Shown here in pieces: positions 12,639-25,676 of a stretch of DNA of 64,000 bases. The notes below the pieces were generated by a model. It was not told where the DNA came from. It did not search any database and saw only the letters and a list, made by a program, of their open reading frames with translations. Location of the stretch: contig NW_005434661.1 of assembly GCF_000315625.1 (NCBI RefSeq), forward strand, positions 72,956 to 136,955, read 5' to 3'. Position 1 is the stretch's first letter, and the number at the start of each line of letters is the position of its first letter. This DNA comes from Guillardia theta CCMP2712. Taxonomy: Eukaryota; Protista; Cryptophyta. The position numbers and the translations under genes are program-made.

Positions 12639-13676
12639 ATGGATGAGGTAGCATCGAGAGATATCTCCTGGGATGAGATCGACAAGTTCAAGTACTACTT
12701 CTATGGTCCATCGCTATCCCTTCTCGTGCGGTTCTGCCTGTATCCTTTGTCTGTCGTGAAAACAAGGTTGCAAATGCAGAAGGATCCTTACTCGATAGCA
12801 GCAAGTGCACCCTCAGTGAACCACTATAGTGGGACTCTGGACGCATTCCACAAGATCATCCGGCACGAAGGGGTACGTGGATTGTTCAAAGGCTTTGGAG
12901 TCAGTACTGTCGGAATCGTGTCGGGGCAGCTGTACATCACGACTTACGAATATGTGCGCCATCATCTGATGCACATGAACGAGAGGAACAGGTTCATCTC
13001 TCCGAAGAGGATGAACGTGGTGAGGAACGCAGTGGCCGGGGGATGCGCATCGCTGGTCTCGCAGACCATCGTGGTCCCGATCGACATCGTCTCGCAGAAG
13101 CAGATGATGAACTTTGGCACCGGTGACTCCAACGGCTCTCTGGTCCACGTCAGCAAAGAGATCCTACGGCAAGATGGGGTGAAAGGATTTTACAAAGGGT
13201 TCGGAGCTTCTTTGTGCGTCTATGCCCCATCTTCAGCGATATGGTGGGGTAGCTACGGGTACCTGAGGGAAAGGCTGCAGAGCCACTTTATGCCTACGTC
13301 GCATGCCTCCAAGCGGTTGACGGAGGCATCAGCTGGAGCATCAGCTGGATTGGTTGCAGCCGTAGCCACGAACCCGATAGACGTGGCAAGGACGCGGCTT
13401 CAGGTGCGGGATCGATTGATACTCTCAGCTCTCTGATTTACCCAGTCCTGACAAACTGTCGACCAGGTGGAGGGGCATCCGCGAGATGGCAGTAACCTGC
13501 GGACTACTCTCCGGCATCTCTGGTGTCAAGAGGGGCCAAAAAGTTTGTTGAAGGGAGTCCAAGCACGCATCATGGCATCTGTACCATCTTCAATCATGAT
13601 CGTCACAGTTTACGAGCTTGTGAAGAGGCTCAGCAAGAGGACAGACAAGCACTACCCGCATCGAACGAGCTTGTAG
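12639..13676 (+). CDS. SLC25A44: Mitochondrial carrier family protein, SLC25A44-like (one intron at about 13404-13466)
   Basis: Three carrier signatures (YPLSVVKTRLQ, VPIDIVSQKQM, NPIDVARTRLQ). The ISWDEIDKFKYY N-terminus and YAPSSAIWWGSY are typical of SLC25A44. Confidence 0.85.
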
Positions 13677-13788
13677 ATAACAGTTGTAAGGGAAGTAAGT
13701 GATTGAAACTTTGACACCAAACCAAGAAGAACAACTTATGTCAAACAATTCATGCGCATCGGGGAATTACATTCCAGCGACTCGCAAG

Positions 13789-14333
13789 TTATGCGTTTCC
13801 AAAAATGGGAACTTGCGGAGGAACCTTGCCAGATTGGATAAACCCTGGCTGCCCGGTCACCTCACCAGCCTTGTCCCAATGCCATTGTCGCCTTACGGTC
13901 ATCCTGCAATCAGATTCAGCGGCAACCCCCATGCACACTTGTCATCACACTAGTCCTTCTGCCCTCTACCTCAGTCTCACCTCCGCATCATTCGCCCGAA
14001 GTCGCTCGCAAGGTTCGAGCTCCCGTCATCGAGCCCCATCTCGGTAACGAAGTATGGATCATGCTCCCATTGATGTCCAGGTCCGTTGAGCACACTGGAG
14101 GGGAGAGAACTTCCCTTCGATCGCGAAGAAGAAGAGTGTTGAGCAGACAGAGACTTTGACCACATCCCATCGATGTTCTTCTGGATTTGCGCTGGAAGCG
14201 TCGACCCTGGGCTTTCTGACAGAGCGCTTCTGCGGGCTGACAACGAAGCCAGAAGGATGAGGTAGACACAAGATAAAGTTGCTGCAAGGAGACAGGCAAC
14301 GACCTTCCTTCTTACATTGTTGAATGGCACCAT
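13789..14333 (-). CDS. Hypothetical small single-pass membrane/secreted protein
   Basis: MVPFNNVRRKVVACLLAATLSCVYLILLASLSARRSAL... has one hydrophobic helix; a probable GT-AG intron lies near 13910-13980. Confidence 0.5.
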
Positions 14334-14673
14334 CCCTGTGAACTGTGTTCTGTTCACACTTTCTTTCACAACCCAGACTGCCAAGTACTTCTGCTCTCTT
14401 CCTCTTCCTCTTCCTCTTCCTCTTCCTCTTCCTCTTCCTCTTCCTCTTCCTCCTCTTCCTCTTCCTCTTCCTCTTCCAAGCTTACTACTGGACGCTCTGT
14501 TCACCTCGGACCATGCCCCTGCCCCTTGGTGTCCTAAAACGGTTATGATCGTTATGAACTAGTTCCAGTGCAAGCCGGCACTGCCGCGACCGGGCGGCCC
14601 GGGGGCGGGCCCATGTGTCCGTTATACCAGTAACGGAGAAGAGAGGGTTCAACGGCTGTCGGGTCAATCTGGC

Positions 14674-17600
14674 ATGGCAACGGCGTCGCTTCTGGGGCGG
14701 CTGGGGCTGGAGGAGGTGGAGGAGATGATGCCGGGAGGAACCAAGTCGCTCTTGGCGGGCTCTGCTTCAAGTTCCCATGCTCTCTCCGAGCTGGAGGCTG
14801 AGTCGCTCGACTACATCGAAGAATGCATCCTTCCCACCCTGATGCCAGCGTTGGTGGAGCTCGGGCTGCGGGTGGAGGAGAAGGGCTTTCCTCCTGTGCC
14901 AGGGACGCATGGAGTGGAGGGATCGTTCAACCCTGTTCGGTTCCTGGCGCAGCAGCTCGTTCGAATGAAGTCACAAGAGCCTGAGCTGAGGAAGGTCAAG
15001 TACTGCGAGAGGCTGCAGGAGCTAGCAGCTTTAAGGGCTGCAGACAGATCAGCGAAGCTGGAAGCGATCAGAAAGGCCCAAGAGGCCGCAAAGTCAGAGA
15101 AAGAGCTGGCAGAGGAGCTTGCGAGCAGAGCTCAGGAGGAGGAAACGATGAGAGAAAAGGCGAGGATTGAGAAGATCATCTCCGACCAAAGGGAAGCGGA
15201 GAGGAGCAAGGCGCAGGAAGTGCTGGCGGACATGCTCAAAGAGGATGCGGGCCTTCAGAGCGAGGTGATGGAGCTGTGGAAGAGATGCGATGGCAAGGTT
15301 CTAGAGGCTGACTTCTCGAGCGAGGAGAGGGTGATGGCTCTAGAGGACTCGCTCAAGTTCCTCGTGTGCGAGTGGCTGTGCATGAACTCTGTTGCGAGCT
15401 ACGTGGCGGTCGCAGAGCTGAAAGGAAACCTGCGAGACGACCTCGTTCACACAGTCGCTGCCTGCTCCAAGGACGTGGAGATTCCGGTGGAAGCTCCCCC
15501 AAAGGCTGAGGAAGAGGAAGTCGACGGAGAGGAGCCTCCTCCTCCTCCAAAGCCGATCAGGAAGCGAGTGTGTGACAGGGTGAAGCTGACACCGTACGGG
15601 GGAGAGACAGCGTACGTCCTGCACAAGGGACAGGGGCTAACGTGGCGGAGGGTGCTGCAGCGAAGGAGCCCCCTGGTGATCCTCGACACCAAGTTCACTG
15701 ACGGGCTTCTCTTCTTCGATGGGGAGAAGCGGCAAGGGACATACCTTTCAGTCCCTCTGGCAAAGAGCCGGCAAGTGGTGCAGCCATCTGAAACTTCCGA
15801 GGAGGAAGGAGAGGAGGAGGAGGAGGAGGAGGAGGAGGAGGAGGAGGAGGGCGTTCAGAAGAAGGCAGAGAAACCGGAGCTTCCCTTCCTCCATGGAGCG
15901 ATCTGCGCAGACACGTTCGAGTCGTTTGGAGAGGAAGGAGATAGGCTCGAGCTGGGTGAGAAGGACGTGATGAAGTTTCGAGCTGCAAGTTACGTGCTAG
16001 GAGAGCAGCTGCTTGCTGCTGAGGCTCGCTTCAAGTACGCAGAGCGACAGAGAGCTCTCCTACAGCTCGAAGAGTCCATCGAGGCGAGGATAACTCTCCC
16101 CGTCTTCTGCCCTGCCCTGCCCTGCCCTGCCCTGTCCTGCCCTGTCCTGCCTCCATTTGTCTTGTCTCGCCTTCAGCCTTCTCCCCATGTCTACGTTCTC
16201 CTCATGGTTCTGTCTCGGACCTCGAGCCTCTGACGCTGATCTCACAGAACCCTGACGTGGACATCGAGGCTGCAGCCTTGCAGGGCCTCCGTGCGATCAG
16301 GAGGCTACACCCCTTGAAGGAATGGCGGGTCGAGATCGGCCTCCTCGAGACGAGCAAGCGGATGTGCTGGATGGACTTCATGAAGGACGGGAAGGAGGAT
16401 TTGAAGATGATGGCGAGCAGGAGGATGGTGCTCAGCGACAAGGAGGAGGAGAAGGGGAATGAGATGGAGGAGGACAAGGACAAGCTTCGACTGAGTCTGC
16501 AGGCGATGAACAGGAGGGAGCTAGTGCTGGACAAGTCTGAGGTGCTGGGGATGGCGATCAGGGTAGCGGTTCCTGTCAGAGATCGAGGGATGCAGGAGGG
16601 AGGAGGGATGATTTTCATGAGCAGGGAGGAGCGGATGGGTCCGGACTCCACTGGGATAGAGGAGGAGGATAAAATCTTCCTCTCGAGCCTCGCGCAGATC
16701 CTTGCACGCTCCTTCCTCTGCCCGACCAAGACTGCTCATCGTCTGCTCCTCAGGACGGCGACGCGAGCGGTAGGACGAGGAGAGGAGCTGCAGGGTCTGT
16801 GCGAGGCCTCGGTGGAGATAGCTAGGAGGTTCTCGTGGGAGGCGAAGGGGGCGAAGGCGTTTGTTGCCTTCCTAGTGGAGGAAAAGCTTCGCTTCATTGC
16901 AGGCGACCCTCCTCCTGGAATCGATGTCGCACCTCGCTCCACCTCCACCACCTCCTCCTCCATCTGCTGTGGAGGACTCGAGAGCTTCCCCGAGCTCGAT
17001 AATCTTCCTGCGGCCCTCCGAGCCCTCCGGACTGGCATCGCGTCGAAGGAGGAGGCGGAGATGATCTTTCCTCTGCTGGATGGCAGCAGGAGGGGCCTGG
17101 GCATCCTCTGCCTGTTCGGAACCAGCAAGGCAGGAAAAGAGCACAACGAGGAGATGATGAGCGAGGTGGCAACGGTGCTCTCCTCTGCCCTATTGCAGGT
17201 GACGCAGACATGCTGCTGCTGCTGCTGTTCATCCTGCTCCTGCTCCTGCTCTTGCTCCTGCTTGTCTACTCCTGCTCCTGCTCCTGCTCCTGCTTGTCTA
17301 CCTCCTGCTCCTGCTCCTGCTCGTCCTCCAACTCGACCTCCTCCTCTTCTTTGTGGATCGCACTTCTTGCCCGGTCGGGACATGAGACCTGCTTCAGGTC
17401 AACTTTCGTAGGAAATTTCTCAACGCAGTGGAGGCTGCCATGACTGATGTGCTGGAGGCAACCCAAGACGTCTCTGCCCTCACACTTTCGTTCCCCAACT
17501 TCTCAGGTGCCCCCCTCCCCTCCTTCCTCTTTTTCCTTCTCCACCTCTTCTCCCCTCCCCTTCCCTGCTCTCCCCTCCCTGCTCCCCTCCCCCTCCTCCC

Positions 17601-18340
17601 CTCCCCCTCTTTGTGTCTTCTCCTCCTCTTCTTCTCCCTTTCTCCACCTCTTTCGGGTTTCTTCTTGTCTCCTTCTCCCCTCGCTAGTTTCCCTGTCGTT
17701 GTTTGTAATCCACTCCTTCCTTCGATTCCTCTCCTCCTGCCATTCTCCTGCCTCCTCTCCCTGGCACTCCTTCTTCGTTTCCGCCATGACCGATGCTCAG
17801 GGCACCACTACCTGGCCAAGTTCATGGCAAGGAGAGGAGGAGGAGGAGGAGGAGGAGGAGGAGGAGGAGGGGAGGACTTTTTGCAGCTCCGAGAGGGTCA
17901 GGCGATCTCAAGCAGCAGCAGCACCAGTCTTCTCCGCGAGTATCCGATCAGCTTGAGCAGCGGCACAGTCGCCTTCCTGGGTGTAGACGCCAAATCACAT
18001 GAGGATTCCCTCACCCACGCTTATCAGCCTTCTGTCAAAGAGGTGCCTCCTCCTCCTCCTCCTCCTCCTCCTCCTTCGGTTGGTTCTGGTGCTTGCCTTG
18101 CGCTCGTTTCTTGTGTCTGCTCTCATTCGTATCCTCCTGCTCATCTCCTCATCCTGTTCCTCTTCCTGCACCCTCCTGGCTCTTTCTCCCCTTCTACTCG
18201 TCCTCTGACGCTCATCAAAGGTGATGCTCGAGGCCAGCAGTCATTTCTCGTGGGTAGCTGAAGAGATCTGGAAGGAAGGTCTCTTCCCCAACCGCTACCA
18301 GTCTCTCTCCATAGAAGGTTACATCCTCTATGCCCAAGTT

Positions 18341-18385
<45 letters not shown>

Positions 18386-19486
18386 TCGTCCTCATGTGTA
18401 GCCCGCTGGCTCTCCTTACTCATTTCTCCCTCCTTCCCCTCTCCACACTCCTCTCCTCCTCTCCTCCTCTCCTCCTCTCCGCATTTCCTTGCTCATCACA
18501 GCATCAGACGAGTCGGAGCCCCTCCCCGTGGGCTCTTTATCCTACACCATCGCCGAGCAGATGTGGCTCAGGACTCATTACCCCGTCGCTCGCTACCTGC
18601 ATGCCAACCAGCAAGTTCAGCTGCATGTTCAGAGGTCTTCCTCCAGCCCGTTCCATCCTTCTCCTCCCTCCTCTCCCTCCTCTCCCTCCTCTCCCTCCTC
18701 TCCTGACTTCTCCCTCCTCTCCTGACTTCTCCTGACTTCTCCTTTCTCCCTGTCCTACCATTTTCATCCTCTCTTCCTCCTCTCCCCGTTGCTTCTCCTT
18801 CTCCCATTTCTCCTCCTCGTTTCTCATAACAGTCCGCAGGCCGTTCCTCGACAACATCCGCAAGCCGGACTCTCAACTCCCCAGCTCCGTCACCAAACTT
18901 GTGCAGGGCGTCATGTACATGCTAGGCCACAAGCAGAGTGAGGTCGAGCATGTCGACTGTCACGCCGGCAGCTGACGCCATGGCAGGTCACCCAGTGGAG
19001 CAGCTGCCGCAAGTTGGTGTCGCGCCATCTCATCAAGGAGATGATGATCATGGACGTGCGGCTGCGCGTCAAGAAGCACAAGTTTCTTCTCGCCGCGGAG
19101 GCAGTAGAGAGTGAGACCTTCCTTCATCTACAGCTAGAGCTGACCCCTCCTGCTCCTGCTCCTGCTCCTCCTCTCTCCCCGGCTCCCTTGCAGCATTAGA
19201 TCATCCCCATGTGGCCATGGAGGCAGGGCCAGCAGCCACCTCCCTCTTTCAGTGGCTTCTTGTCATGCGCGAGGTTCTCCTCCTCCTCTTTCTCCTCTGA
19301 GCTCCCTCAGGTGCCTTGCAGGTCAGAGAACAAGCGATTCGAGGACGCATCGACGCCCTCAAGCACGCGTACAGCCTTCACAACAAGGTTTGCAAAGGAG
19401 GAGGCGGAAAGTGACACGCTGTCATTGAGCTGACTTGCAAGCAGGGTTCCCCGCCGAGCAAGTTGCTCGAGGAAGAGAATCAGTGA
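14674..19486 (+). CDS. EFCAB5-like protein (RIIa/Dpy-30-type docking domain, GAF-like regions, C-terminal helical domain), multi-exon
   Basis: YIEECILPTLMPALVELG...FNPVRFLAQQLVR (docking domain), GQGLTWRRVLQ...GTYLSVPL...GAICADT (GAF-like) and SSVTKLVQGVMYMLGHKQSEVTQWSSCRKLV resemble the EFCAB5 architecture. Confidence 0.6.
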
Positions 19487-19539
19487 AAGGAAACATTCTT
19501 TATCAACAAATTGTAAATCGAAGCTGCTTGCTATCCCTG

Positions 19540-19965
19540 CTATCTGTGGCTGTAGTCGTTCAACAGGTGAGCAGCATCAGTGTACATAAGACCAGCTCTT
19601 GATCCAGCCCTCCTCTCCATCTCCGCATAAGACAGGTCTTCCTTCTGAGCAGCAGAGACAAGCTCCAACAGCTCCCCGTCCTTCTTCCCTTGCGCCTTGT
19701 CCTTCAACACGAAAGTATCGGGCTCTGACTTGCTCCTCGGCATGGAGGGAGCTCCAGGGGAAGAGTCGAAGGAATCTGCCCTTGACGTCGGCCGGCTGTT
19801 GGACGTGGCGAAGGGACTTGCTGCACCTGACGAGCCGCTCGACCTCTTCTTGTTCATGGACAACCATTCGTTTGCAAGCTCCACACCACCCGACGCACAG
19901 AGCTCCTCGTAGAAATACAGTTCAACTTTGCTCATTTTCTTTCCTCGAGCATGTGCTGCCGCCAT
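19540..19965 (-). CDS. Small unknown protein, family A member 1
   Basis: Shares the SKVELYFYEELCASGGVELANEWLSM and AGLMYTDAAHL blocks with the ORFs at 21003 and 22069. Confidence 0.7.
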   Translation of the reverse strand: MAAAHARGKKMSKVELYFYEELCASGGVELANEWLSMNKKRSSGSSGAASPFATSNSRPTSRADSFDSSPGAPSMPRSKSEPDTFVLKDKAQGKKDGELLELVSAAQKEDLSYAEMERRAGSRAGLMYTDAAHLLNDYSHR

Positions 19966-21002
19966 CTGGGAAGTGCAGGGGTCGTCCCTGTCAGACTCGA
20001 GGTGATTAGAGAAATGAGGTACGATATCAGCGAAACACGGCGAACTACAGAGCTTCTTGGTTTCGTGAGCAAGGTATGATTTGCGCGTGCTTCCGCTACA
20101 ATCGGGTCACAGAGAAGAGTTCGAACACTCTTCAGATCGCTCTCCTGCTGCGTCTGACTCCTTCCCTCGCTCCTCACGCTCTCACGATGCGTGCTTCACG
20201 ATTCCCCACCTCAATTTCTATAAAGCCTCCTTACACGTGATCTGCCCCCTTCTCTTGGGATGACTACCCCCTCTTTGAACCCAAAAGTACACCCTCCTTG
20301 AGGACTGTAAGGGCCAATGGTCATCAGTCATGATTTGATGACAGTCTTCACAACCTTCAGATCATTCCTGTAAGGGGTCAGCATGACCAATCTTTACTCC
20401 TTCTCCTTTGAAAACATCGTTTCGTCCGAGGGCCTCGTGATGACTGGGTCCGGGAGCAACAGGTCGCCAACACATCGTGACCTGACGCCTATGTTAGGTC
20501 AGCAGTCATGAGGGACTTCAGACTCCTCTCGATTTCCGCCGGAGCGGGCTCGGCAGCTGCGCGTAACTGGAAGGAGTAGGGAAGCTGGTGATGAGCCTCC
20601 AGGGTTTCTTTTAATGTCTGCCAATCCATCAGTGTGAGTTGAAGCATTTGAAGCAGTTGATAGAGTTGTTCGACAACGTTTCTTGTTGCTACAGCACAAA
20701 GAAGCGAACTTTTCACTGATGAGTTATTGATCACTTCTGAAGTGATATAGATGACATTGAAATGTCTGTACGCTCATCAGACGACCAACATTTGCCTTCG
20801 CAACGGATTAGTCATTCGAACGCAAGGTAGGTCATTAGTCATTCGAATGCAAGGTTGGTTCGCACTTTTGCAAATGAGTTGTTATCATTCAAAATATTGA
20901 CATGTAATAATTTCGTATTAGACATGTTTTATTCATGGTAAAGAATACATTAAGAAACAGAAAGAATACTTCTACACACTCGTCCAACTAGCTGAGACGT
21001 TC

Positions 21003-21455
21003 TCACTCATCAGAGTCAGGATGAACAAGGTGAGCAGCATCAGTGAAGAGAAGTCCAGCATTGTATCCTAATCTTAGCTTTGCGAGCTCAAAATCTACCT
21101 CGGTGGAAATCTTCTTGCTTCTGTGCGAGAATGAGTCGCTCCTGTTCGACCTCACGAACTTTTCTCTGCAGGACTCAATGCTTGAGCGCCTTGCAGGAGT
21201 TGGAGTCTGGCTGCGCGAGGTGTTGCAGGAACTTGGCAGCGAGGTAGAATGACTGAGAGTCGACCGAGGGCTGGAAGCGCCGGACCTGGAGCTTTGTAGT
21301 TTCCTCATGCTGAGCCATTCCGATGCCTCTTTTTGTCCGCCGCTCATCAGAAGCTCTTCATAGAAATACATGTCGATCTTGGAAACTCTTGGAGCATGAC
21401 GAGCATTGTTGCAATCCTGCTCGAGCATTTTGTTCGTGTCGTTGGTGGAGGGCAT
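21003..21455 (-). CDS. Small unknown protein, family A member 2
   Basis: SKIDMYFYEELLMSGGQKEASEWLSM ... NAGLLFTDAAHLV. ATG at 21455, with a TATA-like element about 35 nt upstream. Confidence 0.7.
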   Translation of the reverse strand: MPSTNDTNKMLEQDCNNARHAPRVSKIDMYFYEELLMSGGQKEASEWLSMRKLQSSRSGASSPRSTLSHSTSLPSSCNTSRSQTPTPARRSSIESCREKFVRSNRSDSFSHRSKKISTEVDFELAKLRLGYNAGLLFTDAAHLVHPDSDE

Positions 21456-22068
21456 GGGTGATGTGGAATTCACGGGGGGCGCAGTGGGATATAAAGACTG
21501 ACGGGGAAACCTGTAAACGTGTGACCTGTCAGCACCCCTCCAAACCGACTGCCTTGTGATTCCAAAAGTCATAAAATTACATCGCTTCAGAGCTTCCACA
21601 CGTCATCTCGAAGAATTTCTGTCAGTCAGATGCCTTTTTGTGAGTACAGGAAAATTCCAGAAGAGGTCACTTGCAGGGATCACAATGTCTCCGGATATTG
21701 CTTGCATAGCCCTTTCATTCCAAACGCCTTCTTTTCACACCTCACAGATCTGTCTAGAACGACTCTTTTGTCATCGGTTACAGAGTCTCAGAGTGCCTTA
21801 CAGGTTTCCTCGTGATGATCTTTACCACAGTTGAGAGTCTCCCGATCCAGTCGGTGTGACACAAACGTGCGCAAAGAAATCCCCGCCCCACTGCCAGTCT
21901 CCCTCCCCCACCTCCCTCTCTATTTCCCTCCCTCCCTCCTCTTCTTGTCTACCTCCTGCATCTTTCCCTCTGTTTCTTCTCTTTCTCCCTCAATTCTCTT
22001 CACCCTCTCACCCTCTCACCCTCCATCCTTCCCTCTTTACAACGAACATCTCATCACGTCATCATCGC

Positions 22069-22401
22069 ATGCAAAATTCACATCTTCGTTTAATGAAACC
22101 TCTCAACACCGCAGAAATGTATCTTTACCAGGAGCTTGTATCCTCGGCTGGACGTGAAAAGGCCGTGTCATGGATTCAATCTGTCAAACGAGCTGAGATG
22201 AGGGCGAGAAATTCGAACTCATTCAGCACTTCAACGAATTCAAGTGGATTTTCCTCAAGGACATCCTCTACATGCAGTCAACAACACCTGGCAATGGTGA
22301 TTTCCGCTGCAGATTATCGCAAGAAGCATGCAGATGGAACTTGCACAAAAACTGAACAACACTGCTGCACCGATGATCACCTTTTGGTGTCATTGCGATG
22401 A
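22069..22401 (+). CDS. Small unknown protein, family A member 3 (divergent)
   Basis: NTAEMYLYQELVSSAGREKAVSWIQSV, a Ser-rich linker and a C-terminal TDDHLLV. Confidence 0.6.
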   Translation: MQNSHLRLMKPLNTAEMYLYQELVSSAGREKAVSWIQSVKRAEMRARNSNSFSTSTNSSGFSSRTSSTCSQQHLAMVISAADYRKKHADGTCTKTEQHCCTDDHLLVSLR

Positions 22402-23087
22402 ACGTATCAAGCTGCAATTATTTACGCGATTTACAATTCGAGCGATTGAAATGATATCAGCTTTGAGAAAGTCCTTTCTACTTGAATCTACTTTGCCTTC
22501 AAAGCGTTGTAGTCTATCCTTCACTAGGTTCAGAAATCAACTTGTAAATTAAACACAGTCAATGAAATTGAGGAGGAAAAGAAGCTTTACAAGTTTCACG
22601 AATCAAGCTCTCAGGTTTTCACCATTTTTATTAGCATCGATGATTCAATACAATGTCCAAACAAGCATCTCGTTTCAAGAGCGTTTCCCTTGTATTCGTC
22701 CTCGTCAACCAGATGTTTCCTCCAATATCTTGACACTTTCCGAGCGATTCACATCACAACGGTGCCCAAAACTCTACCAATGCTCAGCGACTGTCTTAAA
22801 CGTATTATAAATCTCTTCCCTGTAAGGCTCGCCTGTAAGCCTTGTCAGCATTTTAAGACTTATTAGTTCAGGCAGCTGCTGACATTCGCTTGCAAACCCT
22901 AGTGGGTCCCGGACTCCAGGTGTCCGGGGACCGGTGATTTCGTAGCAGCCCGGCCCGGCCCGGCCTATGAGTAACGATTTTGTAACGGAACAGGATAGCA
23001 AACGAAGGTTGGCTATGCCGGGGACGCAGAAAGAGGGGAAGGAGGGGTTGGAAGGAGGGCAGCGCCAGATTGATCGATAGGAAGAGG

Positions 23088-24781
23088 ATGAAAGCCTTAT
23101 ACTTGATCTTGCTCTTGCTGTGTTCGGTGTGCTCTACACGCTCTGAGCTCGTATGGAGCAACATCTCACAGAGCAACCCGCTGGCTAGCGCGTCCAACTT
23201 CATCTCAGTAGCCTTGAAGTTCAACCAGACAATCGTTGGCGACGACACAAAGGCTGATATAAATTTTGTTCTGTCAGGGTTCAACAATGCAGTTGCGAGC
23301 AGTACGGTTCAACTTTTGCCTATTTCCAGCGTATCTGCCACATTTCCTTTCTCGGAGTATCCAACATATGAGGTCGGCAACTTTCAGAACTCATCCCTTT
23401 TCTTTTCTCTGCCCTGGAACGCGAGCTTGTTGTCTGATACGGTGTATGGATTCTCTTTTGAGATCAAGAATCCTTACCTCAACAGGGATGCTTCGAGCAT
23501 TTTTCTCAGCTTTCCTGGCGAACCTGGGGGCGAGCCTGTATTGGTGAACTCGTTCCTCTCTGAAATCTTTGGGGTCCCTGGCGGCTCAGCCCCGATGCGG
23601 ATTGTGATACCGCTGTTCACTGCAGCCAACGCAAGTCAGACAAACGTCATGGCAGGAGGGCCAAACTCTATCGTAGTGCGGATAAGAAGCAATGTCCTTC
23701 TGCCGCAAAGCTCCAACTTTACGCTGTCCGGGCTTTACGGGCTTTTGCAAGAGGACGGACAATCGTTTGTTATATTGTCTGACGAAAACTCGCTGGAAAA
23801 TGTCTCAAAATGGAATGCGACCGCCGCTTTAGTCACCGTGATTTGTAAAGTTTCCATCCCTGCCGACACGGTGTTCACCTTTTCCGTGAAGGGCATGAAC
23901 AGCTATGCACAGCAGAACTCGCAAGATCTCAAGATCAGTGCGTCCCTTGCTGCAGGAAGGTATCCTGTGGTGATTCCAAGGACGAGCATGGCAAAGAGTG
24001 GCCTGTCCTTGTATGGAATCCCATCCGGCGCCAATCCTTTGAAGATTGTCGTCCCATTCTTCCTCAACGTCTCAGCATTCAACAGAATTTACATGGCAGA
24101 AAGCTTCTTCTCGATAATTCTCAATGTTTCGAGTTACGTCGATATCCTAGATGCTTCCACGTTTCTCCTTTCGGGCGTGAAGAATGTCACCAACGTGAGC
24201 AGCGTTCGAATCGAGCCAGCTGATGGAGAGTGGATACAGACAGAGCCTTCGAGCTTGACGGCGACAGGAATCATTCAGTTCTCTCCGGCAGCACTTTTGT
24301 ATGCGAACCGTTTTTACTTGATGAGCTTGAATGTCTCTGTACTCGACCTATTCAACACTTCGCTGGCCCATATGCAGCTCAGCGCGGCGTTGGCAGATGC
24401 GAGTGGAGCCTATATTGGACAGATCTCGCCGTTCTCGATCTTGGCGATCGATTTTTATGTCGCTGAGTCTTCGGAACAGAGCATATCCTCTGCAAGTCAA
24501 AACGTTTCTTCGTGCGTTGTGTGTCGGGACAAACCTGAGAACTCATACTGGGAGGACTCGTGTCAATGCCAGTGGCTGTGCAAGCATGGTTACTGGGCGA
24601 CATATAACAAGTCCATGTCGACTCTGTATGACAGTGTCAATTGTACTCTTGCATCTGAGGTCAGCTCTGACTTGCTGGTTCTTGGCGTCGGGTGGGGTTG
24701 GATCTCTTGTCCTGTTGGAGGCAGTTGAGCTTTCCACGGAAAAATTCTGCTCGAATGTGTGTAAAGTGCTTCTTGTATTAA
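23088..24781 (+). CDS. Secreted/surface glycoprotein with repeated beta-rich modules and a Cys-rich C-terminus
   Basis: Signal peptide MKALYLILLLLCSVCSTRS; many N-x-S/T sequons; repeated GVPGGSAPMRIVIPLF / GIPSGANPLKIVVPFF; CVVCRDKPENSYW...CQWLCKHGYW. Confidence 0.7.
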
Positions 24782-24811
24782 TATCATAAAGATGGTGTTA
24801 TCTATTTTGTG

Positions 24812-25676
24812 CTAGTAGCCTATCCCCGATTTCCCGTAATCTTTCAGTTTAGGACAGTCTTCGTCATCAAGCATTGAATAGTGCGCAAAGTTCTCTCCCC
24901 TAACTATCGGCAGGATGACCTCTAGCACGCACTTGTCAGAGTCCCATTTCGCATTTCCTTTATCAGGGTTGACGAGCTCCTGTCGATTCCAAGTCAAACC
25001 ACAATACCCCATTACAAAAGAAGTGCAGGAGTCTCACAGGAAGCGGCAAACCAAGAAGGTACTTAGGGGACTGAACCAGAAACTCGTTCTTGGTCACATC
25101 CAACTTGATCGTGGAGAACTTGGTGTTGGGCATCTCAACCTGAATAGAGAAAACACCCCGTGAAATTCTGGCTGCCTCTCTCGCCTTCCCTTACTTTCAC
25201 TATCATTTCTCGACAGCTCATGGTTGAATTGTCCTTGACACTCCACGGCGCACCGAGAACATCATCAGTCCCTACTTGCTGACGATACCGAATATCATGC
25301 TTGGGCCTGAAAAGTCTACTCAGAACAGACACTCGCACGGTCGATGACCGAGCCACATAAGTAGCATCCACAGGTCAAGGAGAGCGATCATGGGAAGGGG
25401 GGAGAGTAGCATGCAACAGTTGAGCAAGCATTACTTCTCTCGTTTATCCGCCTTGCTGATCTTGTCCAGAACTCTATCTTCGTTGACCTCGTCATCATCC
25501 CAGATAGCTTTTGGATCTTTCTTCTTATTTTCCTTCGGAGCAGGCGCTTGCTTCGGAGGCCCGATATCACCAGGGCCCAGCCTCGCTGTCCGATCTCGCT
25601 GAACATCCTCCTCGTCTACTTGCGTTTCAGAGAATAGGTTCGAAAGGAGCTCCAGATCTTTTCCCTGCAGTGTCAT
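24812..25676 (-). CDS. DNAAF6: Dynein axonemal assembly factor 6 (PIH1D3/Twister), multi-exon
   Basis: LGPGDIGPP...KAIWDDDEV...PKHDIRYRQQVGTDDV...KDNSTMSCREMIVKV...LDVTKNEFLVQSPKYLLGLPLP...VNPDKGNAKWDSDKCVLEVILPI. Confidence 0.9.

Noticed and set aside
20489-20734. 81-aa ORF as a fourth family A member
   Set aside because: It lacks both conserved blocks and overlaps the TGAC-rich promoter region.
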